From: Takakia lepidozioides
Lineage: Eukaryota > Plantae > Bryophyta
Reading direction: 5' to 3'
NCBI GenBank assembly: GCA_030704615.1
Contig: CM060731.1
Span: 54,188,001-54,252,000 of the forward strand
Length of the DNA stretch: 64,000 nucleotides
Shown: positions 39,450 to 49,859 of the stretch, piece after piece
Layout of the letters: each line of letters opens with the position of its first letter
Numbering within the stretch: the stretch's first letter is position 1
Position numbers and translations under genes: made by a program
Notes under the pieces: model-generated
The model's database searches: none
What the model saw: only the letters and a program-made list of their open reading frames with translations
What the model was told of the DNA's origin: nothing

Positions 39450-40900
39450 AATACCTTCATCGACCATTGGCATATACCCCAAGAGCAGCCTGAAGATCGC
39501 CATAGCAGAGAGGGTTACAGTATACGCTGGTGTTGTAAACGCTCAAGCTCTCCAGGACCTCAAACACCACTCTAAACTGGCTTAGGGTGGTTATTACATC
39601 CCCATGACCAGGGACATGCACAGAACCAAGGCGATGGGATGAAGCTGCCCCATCTTGAGAACTGATAGCGGGCTTCCAACTGAACGCAAAATCAAAAGGG
39701 AGAAGCTCGGCCTGGTGTACCACTTCAAGGACCAAGTGATATAATTGGACCTGCACCTGCTGGTGGCCGAAATGCCAAATGTACTACAATGTTTTTTTCC
39801 TTTTTGTCTCACAATTTCTAACTGCAACTCCGGATCAAAGCACCGCTGGTCATGTATGTAGAGCCTCACCTGGTCTTCTTTCACTAGGCTGCAATGTTAA
39901 TATATGAGATCACCCCGTCTCACAAACATTAATGCCGCCACTGTCGCCTAGACCTGATGCAAGATCTGATCGCAAAGCAGGCTACGCGGCTGGTCCTTCC
40001 CTGTGTACATCTATCTCAAGTCACACACGCCGCATCTCATGCTTCTACTGCTGATCAGCTTTTCCTTGCTGGACAGCAGCTTACGCACTTGCTACAAAAT
40101 CTAGCCTGACCCTGTCCATCCATTTGCTAAGATAAGAAAGCTTGCTTCCTCGCAATGTGCAGCTAGACAACCTCTGTAGGTGCCGGTAGTGGCTGAGCAG
40201 CTGGAGCATCCTCAACTGGAGCTGCACTCTGGGGCCTGTCTGCGGGCAATTCTGCCATTGCAGAGGCCTCCTCTGGGCCTGCTTGCTCATCGGTGGTGAG
40301 GTCTTGCTGCGAACGTTGAGCGGCAGCACCCTCCTCCGGTACCAAATCGAGATCAACGGTCGATCCCATTCAACCAGCCCACAACTACTCCTTCATAGTG
40401 GCTGGCTATGGTCCAATTTGACAGTGTACTTGAAAAACGGGCTGTGTTTCTTGTCTTTCCACACCCACTCCCCGGAATCAAATTGGCGAAGGTAACTGGT
40501 GCCTGAAGGAACCAATGCAGGAAGGGGTTGGTGTGTAGGCCGTTCACAAGAGAAGGGTTCACCTGGCCTGTTGCTAAGCAGAAAACCCTGATAGCATAAT
40601 ATGGATTTTCCGGAATGTCAGCAAAGATTGGCCCGAAAAGGGAACCTGAGGACCTGACCTTGAACTTCCAACCCTGCAGCAAATGGCCATTGCGAGAGAC
40701 AGCAAACAATGCAGACTTGCTGCCCTGCAAATCGGAACTAACCCAAGCCGGGAGAGACCTAATATTTTCATGGAAAGGAAGCCAGTCCCACTCATGCTGG
40801 CGGAATATCGCTGGTCACCAAATCCCAGCCAGCGCTTTACCTTCGGTGGAACAATCCAACTCACAAAGAATAGGCAGAGCAGAGCAGAGGAGAGGCTAGA
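39450..40900 (-). pseudogene. Degraded accessory ORF of unknown function upstream of gag
   Basis: Chain of overlapping sense-strand ORF pieces (40574..40864, 40353..40730, 40163..40369, 39594..39884, 39457..39756); no motif recognised. Confidence 0.4.
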
Positions 40901-41214
40901 GCAGAGGCTGATAGGTGGCAGACCTCCTAGCTCTCTAGCAGCCCGCCGTAGGTTGAACCTTCCACCCTGAGCCTAGCATGCTTGAAGAAGGGCGGGAATC
41001 TTCCAGCTCACTCCTTCTTCCTAGCCTCTACCAGCACCAGCGCAGGTATAAAACGGCTGTTAAGTAATGCTCAGCAACCACCTGCAGTTGAGATAACATC
41101 AACTGTACCTTCTCCAATTGGGTTTACCAGCAACCTCATTTCCATTCGGCTGTGGCTCGACCTACTGTCGACTGCGAAAGACCATCAGATGCGCTGCAAC
41201 ACTACATCCCGAGC

Positions 41215-41320
41215 TTAGTCGAAAAGACTGAAACCCATGTCATCATCAGACTCCTCCTTCGTTTCCTCCTTTTCTCCGGCAGGTGCAGCAGCAGCACCTC
41301 CACCAGAGGAAGCCACCACA
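41215..41320 (-). pseudogene. Captured 3' coding end of a 60S acidic ribosomal P protein (P1/P2 type)
   Basis: Manual translation VVASSGGGAAAAPAGEKEETKEESDDDMGFSLFD followed by TAA (41215-41217). Confidence 0.9.
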
Positions 41321-41634
41321 ACCAGGGATGACGCCACCCCAAACTGTTTGCACTTCGTGATCCAGCCACTCCCGACTGTTTTGGGTCCGAATCCAAAAGT
41401 TTACACGAGTCTCGTCTCCCTCCGTCCTAGTGAAAGAGAGTAGGGAAGCAAACTATCAAAGTCTTCAACCTCCACACCTCTTGGTTTTCAAACTCACGAG
41501 CAGAGACGACAACTAAATCTGCGCGCACAGCCCATGGAAACAGCAGGGCCAGATGGACTCCCGCCCCAAGATATATATTATAATAATGCTAAAACAAACA
41601 TTGTATCTAGCTTAGCACCAGCACATTAGATAAC

Positions 41635-41650
41635 GCTCATCTCTCTCGAG
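41635..41650 (-). promoter_or_regulatory. Self-priming primer binding site
   Basis: The 16 nt directly after the 5' repeat (ctcgagagagatgagc, minus strand) are perfectly complementary to 41837-41852 inside repeat B; no tRNA-type TGG start. Confidence 0.8.
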
Positions 41651-42002
41651 TGATAAGAAAGCTAAAGAACACACTCTTGACACAAGAAACATGAAATCCA
41701 TCGCTATCACTCTTTAAGATAATAGTCGAGCCAGGGGCACCCCAAGCTATGGGGACTCCACCCCACATCAACCTATACCCCTACATATGCACACTCAGAT
41801 TCTAAAGCGTGAAGGAGCTCGGTCGCGCAGGCTCAACTCGAGAGAGATGAGCTGTGCGACTGCCGCTCTCGTGAAGATAAGACGGTTTAGGTGTCAAACT
41901 AAACTTGACACCTGATTTAACACTTGACCTAAATCCAAGTGTTAAATACAAATAACTAGCTTTATTCTAGTTGTTTTCACACTGTGCTTATTTAACTTGA
42001 CA
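41651..42002 (-). repeat. Terminal repeat B, 5' copy (352 bp)
   Basis: Direct repeat of 31801-32153; outer end ...TTGACA abuts the GATA TSD. Confidence 0.95.
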
Positions 42003-42392
42003 GATATGCCCAGCAACAGGGTGCACACCTTCGTTGTAGATGACAAGTTGCATTCCAAAATTAAGGAATCCATGCTGAGCTGAGAAGATTGTCTGGGAAG
42101 ATGAGGAGGCGGGGTATGTGCCTGACAGGCGCTTTGTATTGCATGATGTGGGGAGGAGGAAAAGGAATTTTCTCTTTGCCACCACAGTGAGAAGCTGGCC
42201 ATTGGTTTTGGGCTGATCAACATTACCCCTAGGACGCCTCTCCGTCTCATCAAGAATCTTCGAGTGTGTGGTGACTGCCACACCTCCACCAAATTCATCT
42301 CAAAGATTGTTGACCGAGCAATTGTTTTACGGGACGCTAACCGCTTTCACCACTTTGAAGATGAGATTTGTTCTTGTGGTGATTACTGGTGA
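42003..42392 (+). pseudogene. DYW cytidine deaminase domain, frameshifted
   Basis: VHTFVVDD...[32 protein letters not shown]...[46 protein letters not shown]. Confidence 0.92.
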
Positions 42393-43054
42393 AAGGATGT
42401 CTTCTTGCCAACATGCGAGTGTCTTGCTTCATTCATTGATCTGTGACTTAGCTACTCACACCATCCACCATTTCCCGAAAGTATTGACCATGATGTACTG
42501 TTGAGTGCATTTCCTGTGCCATAAATCCACAGGAAATGATAGTGGGGTCTACCCGGCACAGGTGGGAAGTCAGCCCATAATTGCATTTGACTGAAGGGGT
42601 GATTTTTGACCGATTCTGGTGACAGTGGATGGAAATCAGAGTGCTGTCCTAATTATGGGTTTGGGTGGTGGAGCTTCTCCAAAGCTTCAAGATGGAAGTG
42701 AATACGAATTTTAATGAGCTTGATGAGAGGGGCAGCCCTGTGCACAAGTTTGTTCAGCATCTTAAATTTGGACGTGTTTGTTTCTCGTGGTGTGGCTTTG
42801 GATGGAGCCCTTGATGAACTTGCATGAATATTGTCAAAAGCTAGCCTTAACGCACCAAGCATGGTGGATGATTGAAAGTTCATACAATGAATGTAAGGAT
42901 ATTTGGGTATGTTGTTATTGATTGATGCGGCTTGTGAAAATTGAACATTAGAAATGCAGATCCGCCATTTTTCTTCCAGAAAAAAACAAAACAGGGGATC
43001 TCTGCATGTACCACCGAGGGGATGACCCAGCCCTTTTTTTGTGAAAAATTGAAC

Positions 43055-43104
43055 ATAGTTCTCAGAATTCGTCGCTAGTAGTGCGGAGCAACGCGAAGCC
43101 CTAG
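43055..43104 (+). mobile_element. Helitron-like 3' terminus
   Basis: ttctcagaattcgtcgctagtagtgcggagcaacgcgaagccCTAG followed by T. Confidence 0.55.
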
Positions 43105-43132
43105 TTGATTTCACAAAGATATTAATTATGCA

Positions 43133-43386
43133 CATCAGCTGGTAGCTCAGCTGGTAAGTTCACAGTGTGTCGCCCTGGTGGTTCGGGGTTCAAACCCGCT
43201 GCCCTGTCTGGTCTGTGGATTGTTCGTGACCGGTTGGTCTGGTGGTGACGTTTCCCACCTGTGTGCCTAATGGCTTATCTGAAAGGGGGTTAATTTTTCC
43301 CCTCCTCAAGGGCCTGAATTGTGAGCAGTTGCTCCAAGGTTTCCTTAAAATATATTATGATTATTATGATTATGATTATTATTATG
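43133..43386 (+). mobile_element. tRNA-derived SINE with simple-repeat tail
   Basis: A-box tagctcagctggtaag, B-box ggttcaaaccc; 3' part resembles SINE family 1; (TAT/GAT)n tail. Confidence 0.75.
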
Positions 43387-43932
43387 TTGCAAATTCAGTC
43401 TTTGCATTACATAATAACAACTTTGCATATTTTAGTATCCAAATTGAAGCAAGCTTAGTTAAAAGAAGATTGATTGCAACCACATAAGACACCCTACATG
43501 TGGTATAAGAAATGAAGCATAGTGACGGGCCCTTGGGGCTGGACATGCCCTCCGTGACATGTGCACCCTCTTACCCTGACCCCTAACATATTGTACACCC
43601 AGCCAATTTCCTATTCATACCATGGTATAGTCATTGTTTATGCCCATAATACGGGTATGCACCCGGATATTGCCTTGGCAATACCAGCCGGTCAGGTTAT
43701 CAACCATAGTATTGGAATTGCCAATACCAGCCGGGTCGGTTATTAACCATAGTATTACAAAAACCAATACCAGCCAGGTCGGTTATTCAATACCCTGATT
43801 GATACCCGGCCAGACCCTATATACCAATCCAACACTCGATAAGACCCATAAATGAATCTTACACGTGTAAAATATTCATAAAGAAAACCCATAAATGAAG
43901 GGTATATAGTATATAGTAGATAGGGGGCTGCC

Positions 43933-44420
43933 CAGTGTTTTTTTTTTTCATATTTCCAAACTTGCTGGCGGGGCCACTTGTGAATTCCACCTAGTGCCCA
44001 TGTGGCGAGAATATCGAGGTGACAAAATTAGAAAGTGGCTATATTCCAGGTGTCACGTTTTCATTGGTCCACGTCGGCAAGATTAGGCTCCTGAAATTTA
44101 TCTCCTGGTTCTTTTTGGCGAAAATCTCGGATTTTACACCCCATAATTCCTTTATTAATTTTTATAAAAAAAAATGGACGCGTTGCCGAAGCAAGCATAA
44201 CTTATGTTGTCACTTGACCCAGAAGGGCTACTGCCTTCCGGTAGGAAGGTGGACACCTTTGTAACAACCAACATGGTGGTTTGAACCCACAACCACTCGT
44301 AAGAGGGTATATGCCCATACCACTGGGCTACGTGTTGGTTGTTCAAATTCCTTTATACAAGTAGCTGACTGAGTTTCCAGGTCAAAATCTGGCGATTTTT
44401 CGCCAGAAAGAAAAACAGTG
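43933..44420. mobile_element. hAT-type MITE containing a nested family-2 SINE (about 44170-44345, minus)
   Basis: Termini cagtgttttt / aaaaacagtg; 8-bp TSD gggctgcc / gggctgtc. Confidence 0.7.
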
Positions 44421-44499
44421 GGGCTGTCGCTCCCAGGTTTCTTTTAAAATGCAATAGGCATGTATAGTAGAATGTATAAATATATGGCAGCTGGCTTAA

Positions 44500-44686
44500 C
44501 CCTTAAACGACGACGCGACTTGAATCAGGTCGGGTCGTTTTTCACCCAAAATGTAACTTTCTTGGATGAAGTCAGATGACATTCATCCCTGAACAAGAAA
44601 TGTGCGCCATGCAATTTTCTGTCCCCTCCAATTGTCAGGCCACAAAACTAGTAAGTACAGCGCCGTCAAGAATTTTTCTAAGTAAA

Positions 44687-44721
<35 letters not shown>

Positions 44722-45410
44722 TGCAACGCTTGGCCCATATGGTGCCAGCAACGTTGACCCGGTGACATGGCAGCCGGAAGCCCAAGTGGGCATGCCATTC
44801 CGGTGGTCAGCATATTTGGTGGGGGTGGATGTACGCCGGAAACTGCTGCCTGCTCCGAAAACAGCCCGAATTCAGATCTGAGGGTTTGTTTTTGGAAGAA
44901 TCCAAAAATTCTTTTGGCGTTCTCTATGCACTGTAAAAGAGCACAACATAACTGTAGGGAAAAATTCACAGCTAAAAATTGAGCACCCCATGGAGCAGAG
45001 TGTAAACCTTTGTTGGGGGAGTGCAATTTGACTCCCCCAATTTCACATTCACAGGACTCCACAGAAAATTTGGGGGTATGAGGCTGAAATTTCAGCCCTA
45101 CATCATGTGAGTGCCCAGGAATGTGAACACGTGGGCCATTCCCACAGGAAAAATCAATAACCCCCACTTCGAGTTTGGTCAAGGCTTTTTTTGGGGGTCG
45201 AAATGGTGGCCATGTGGAAAAACCACATTACTATTTTGTTATAATCTGCCATTTCCAACTGTGAAATTCATGGACACGTGGATGTAGTAGGTAAGAACAT
45301 TTCTGTAAGGTTGCTTTCTGTGGATGATTCATGCCAGGAAGTTATGGCATCATCAATGATATTATATACCCAAAAACTGGCCCACCAAAATGGTGGTCGT
45401 CGGTCCAGGG
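44500..45410. mobile_element. Non-autonomous piggyBac-like element
   Basis: TTAA on both sides (44496-44499, 45411-45414); termini CCCTtaaaCGACGAC and GTCGTCGgtccAGGG; internal poly-G. Confidence 0.7.
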
Positions 45411-46156
45411 TTAACATTAAAAAAAAAGAGTAACCTCCAAATATAACTCAATATTTCATAATATTTATAATAATGTTTTCAGAGGTAAAATATTTTTATT
45501 ACAATTTACTATTTTTTTGGATTTTATCTGTAATATTAATTTGGTGCAGTTACATTTTTTAATCTTGGTTAAAGACTTGAAGCAGCCCAAAAAAATGTGA
45601 ATAATAATGTCATAATAAATTTGAGTGAAATGAGTTGAGTTGAGAGCATGTGATTTGGCAAATGTAGAACCATTTACAAGTATACAAAAAAATATATAAA
45701 CATCAATAAACAAAATTACTCACCTTCATTTTTACAAGAATAGGTTTATAGTTTGGTGGTATGATGGTTGTGTCAGGTTGCAATGTGGAAAGGTCAGATC
45801 TTTGAGTAGACTTAAATAGAGAATTTTTAGAATGTTGTGATGGACTGGATGAAAAAATTCCTTATAAATGAAAAAAGTGGCAACAGAGGAGGACGAAAGG
45901 TGGCTGTGGAGAGGGATGAAACCACAAAAAGGTGGCATAAGTACTAAATATTGGATATTTTATGCATATTTTCATCTATTTTTGGACAGAAAGACACGTG
46001 TCGAAATGGATGATGAAATCCCTTGTACCGATGAAGTTTGTTGAATGGACGTGATCCATGGCGTTCAATACCCTAGAATGTCGAGGCGACGAACAGCGGG
46101 GAAGCGAGGAGAGGGACTGCGGGAGAGGGAGTTGGCAGAGCTAGAAGCTTTGGGAT

Positions 46157-48696
46157 GTATGCATGATTTGTGCAGAGCATGGATAGCTTAAGGAGCAGGG
46201 GTAGAGTTTGGGTCCAGATTCATCCAAGAGGGTCGGATTTCAAGCTCAAGATTATCTATGATTCCCATGTGGATCCATAGCTACAAGAAACCTGCATGGG
46301 TAGATGGTCAATTGGAAGCCGCATCAGCAGTGGCACAATTGATAAAATCAGGCACTCCTAATGAAAGTACATTCTTCAACACATTTCACTTGTTTTTCCA
46401 TCTTATCAGAATCGGCCCTAAAATTCCATGTTGAGTTCTGCAAGTTAGTTGGTTGAGTGAATCTTTGATAGTTTAGAGTGACTTTGACATGATACTGCCA
46501 ACGTGACGATAGAAAAGTATCCAAAAACACGTAACAGAGATAAGGAGTAGCTGTGGAATAAATACTTTTCTGATCGTAGTCAATGGTGGGACAACCAAGG
46601 CAAAAAGGTGAATGCCTATTAGATTACAGAGAGTAGCAGACGGGATTCAGCATAGGAACTAGTGTGATAAGCTAAGTTGGGTGTTTCCTAGAACAAATCT
46701 AGGCTGTCATTATCAGCTGCAAGGCAAGGGTGTATGCATGATTTGTGCAGAGGCAGTGATAGCTGAAGGGCAGGGATAGAGTGTGGGTCCAGATTCATCC
46801 AAGAGGGCCAGATTTCAAGCACAAGATTACCTATGATTCCCTGTGGATCAATAGCTACAAGAAACCTGCATGGGTAGATGGTCAACTAAAGGCAGGTGCT
46901 GCAGTGGCAGAGTTGATAAAATCAAACACCTCAACCATGACCACAGCTTCTAAAAGAGGATCAAGAGATGGAGTCCACAATGCCTCTTCTGGCACTTCTT
47001 GGCATGTGAAGATGCCTTGTGAGGCCTGAAAGAGGCTCTACGACTTTAAACCAAGAAGACATTTCAGCAGATTCAAATACGAATGTCAGTCTCTTGCTTA
47101 AGTCACTACTACGTTTAGGGGGGGTTAGCGACGCCAAGACCCCGGGCGCACTGGACGCGCCGACCCCCCTGCGACTGCAGCGTCGCACAGGCGCCCGGCT
47201 CGGGACTTGCGACGTCGGGGCGTCGTAACGCCGACGCTCGGACGACGTTGTGGCATCTTGCGATGCCATGCCGTCGTCGGAAAGGGGCCTGAACCCATTC
47301 CCCCGCCAACGCACGGGGGGGTTGCGACGCCCTAGCGTCACAACAATTTGCTGCGACGCCCCCGGGATGTTGCGACACCGGGGAATCGCATCGAGACGTC
47401 GCAGTGCCACAGCCCAGCGACGCTTTTGCGACGGCGGGGAATCGCAATGCCCGAAAAATTAAAAAAAAAATAAAAAATAAAATAAAATAAAAAACAGTGT
47501 TTTTTTTTTTCCCCCGCCGTCGCAAAAGCGTCGCTGGGGCTGCGGCGTTGCGATTCCCCGGCGTCCTGGGGGCGTCACGGAAAATTGATTCTGGGAGTAG
47601 CATAATGGGTTTGGCATCCTCAGACTATAGCCATTGTCCAACAATAAGTTGCAATGCAGCTTTGCAAACCTTAGGCCATTGATAGATATTTGTTCTTGAA
47701 GAACTCTCGGGACAAGTCTCGGTGCAAGTTCCAGCTGTGAGAGCTCCTGTAGAGTACGCATAATGATCTGCAACACAAATGATAGGATTGAGATAATGGT
47801 AGTTACTAGGAGTTAACTTTTGATATGTATATATATACTTGGACTGCTTTTGTGATACATATATGTATTGTAGATTTGTTGGTTAGTGTGCAGTGTCTTA
47901 GAAATGTTATAATGTGGAGGTCCTAGGTTCAAATATGCATTGCCTTATATATGTAGAACAATGCATGAATTGCCATTGGACAAAACCGGAGTCAATGGTC
48001 AACTAATTTTTGAAAATCAAATTCAAATTCAAATTTTCCCACCTAAATTCAAATGTACCCCCTTACTGTGACGTCTGGGGGTCGCATTTACAACCCCCGG
48101 ACGTCCCTAATGCGACGTCGCAAAAAAAACGTCGTAGAAAAAAACGTTTGTTTTGTTTTTTTTGTTTTTTTTGTTTTTTTTTTTTTTGGATGCCCGGACG
48201 TCGCAAGTCGCGCTGGCGCCGCGGCCGTGGGGTTTGAGATTCCCCGACGACGCTAATTAGCGACGTTGCTGCGACTTTTCGACGTCGCAAAATGCCCCCG
48301 GCGTGCCCCGGGCGCCGTAGAGTATTTTCGTCGCTAATCGCGGCGGTTGGAGGTCGCTGGGGCATCGCTAAACCCCCCCCCCCCCCCCCCCCCCAAACGT
48401 AATAGTGAGTGCATTAAAATGAAAGGTTTGAGATCAAACAATGGGGGAAGGGGTGAAGCCCAACCACATCACGTTTGTGTGTGTTTGCAATGCTTGTGTA
48501 AGCCTGACAGCCCTGGAAAAGGGCAAAGAGGTCCATGGTGACATTGTCAAAGCTGGAATTGTACCCAATGTCATTCTGAACTCTGCCCTAGTGGACATGT
48601 ATGCCAAATGTGGGTGCATTGAGGATGCAAAGCGAGTGTTTGACAATATGGCTGAACGAGATGTGGTGTTGTGGAGCGCAATGATTGCAGGATATG
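46157..48696 (+). pseudogene. PDF-motif-PPR gene relic interrupted by a CACTA element
   Basis: Exon ending at 46607 (LWNKYFSDRSQWWDNQGKK), GT-AG intron, exon from 46793 (IHPRGPDFKHKITYDSLWINSYKKPAWVDGQL) continuing to the PPR start; PPR motifs resume at 48408. Confidence 0.8.
47104..48407. mobile_element. Non-autonomous CACTA (En/Spm) transposon
   Basis: CACTActacgttt...aaacgtaaTAGTG termini, 3-bp TSD AGT, CpG-rich subterminal gcgacg repeats. Confidence 0.92.
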
Positions 48697-48846
48697 TCTG
48701 GAAGGCAGGGCTGAATTTGTAAGCATTGGTTGCAGTCAAACCAGTGAAAATCAATAATTGAGATTTTCCAACTCTTGTGTACTGTAGTGCTGGCAACGGT
48801 CTTTAATACTGTATGTTTTCCAACATGAGTCCAGTGCCAAATAACT

Positions 48847-48923
48847 GAGGACTTAGTGAGGCTGTGGCTATTACATCTTGTAGCTATCTGGAGTTAGCGG
48901 GACCTAACCACCAGCTAGGGGGG
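48847..48923 (+). repeat. Second copy of the PPT-proximal block of the MTase-Gypsy element
   Basis: 77 nt with 5 mismatches to the reverse complement of 32245-32321. Confidence 0.85.
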
Positions 48924-49859
48924 TTTGGTCGCAACTCATCGATCACCAATGTTTGGGCAGAACAATGTTTCTCGCTACCGGGAAGATTTTCACGAGATTC
49001 AGGTCTCGAAATTTGGTTTGTCTCTCTCCGTCTTTCACACACACACTCGTAGGCTCTCCAGGCACAAAAGATAATACTCTTTTTCTCTCATTTGTACTAT
49101 CCACCTTGGTGTGACCCACAGTGTCACGGTGATATGTGCCACAATTGATCTAGATCATAGTTCTGGTATCAAATTTGTGTTGTCTGTATCGACGGTGTCT
49201 GTGCATTTCTTGAAGTCTTTGTGTGCAGATGGGTGGGATGTCAATGTAGATGCTGTCGCGGATGGGTGGGATGTCGATGTAGATGTTGTCCGCAGCCTCC
49301 CTCGGCTTTGCAAGGGCTCCCTCCAAAGACCCTCCGAGTCGTTTTTAATGGTGCTCCTACCATCGACGCCAAGGATATCTTGGCTAAGTGCACCTTTTTC
49401 AATGTTGAGGAAAAACAAATCAAGTTTTTCAAGAGTTGTATGCGTCACATAACATACCCTGAGCGCGCACAACTTGTGGTCTTCACCGTAGCGTGTCAGA
49501 GTGTTTTGGATGGAAAAGAATTGCGGTCGAAAAGCTCCCTCGTGCAGATGAAGGATTTCCACATTCTTCTACATGTTTCTCATATACTTGCCTACGGTGA
49601 TGAGGAGACCATGCTCCGTAGAATCAACTATACAACTCTAGATTCTAATGGAGCCAGTTGGATACTTTGTTGGAACTCTTTCATTCTTCCTTGTATGTTG
49701 GACATCTTGGGATAGACCATTGCTTGCATTCAAGAAGTGTAGTATTGGAAAGGAATTCAACATGATGTGACAGCCTATGTCTCCAAGTGTGAGGCATATC
49801 GCTCTAACCTTCACTTCCTAGGGTGGGGTTATTTGGAAAAAAAATGGAAAAAATGTACG

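Larger units (their letters stand above)
31720..42002 (-). mobile_element. Ty3/Gypsy retrotransposon, 10.3 kb, with C5 DNA methyltransferase in Pol, split direct repeat termini and deleted integrase core; inserted in a PPR motif
   Basis: TG...CA ends; GATA TSD at 31716-31719 and 42003-42006 (empty site gtag-gata-tgcccagca); gag-PR-MTase-RT-RH-INT order; PBS and PPT adjacent to the inner repeat ends. Confidence 0.93.

Noticed and set aside
43133-43205. Possible tRNA gene
   Set aside because: A and B boxes are present, but I could not fold a cloverleaf or acceptor stem, and a SINE body and simple-repeat tail follow
48686-48700. Second retroelement-like junction at the same ggata|tg position of a PPR motif, suggesting target specificity
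   Set aside because: The tg is also native PPR sequence, and no matching right end or TSD was found
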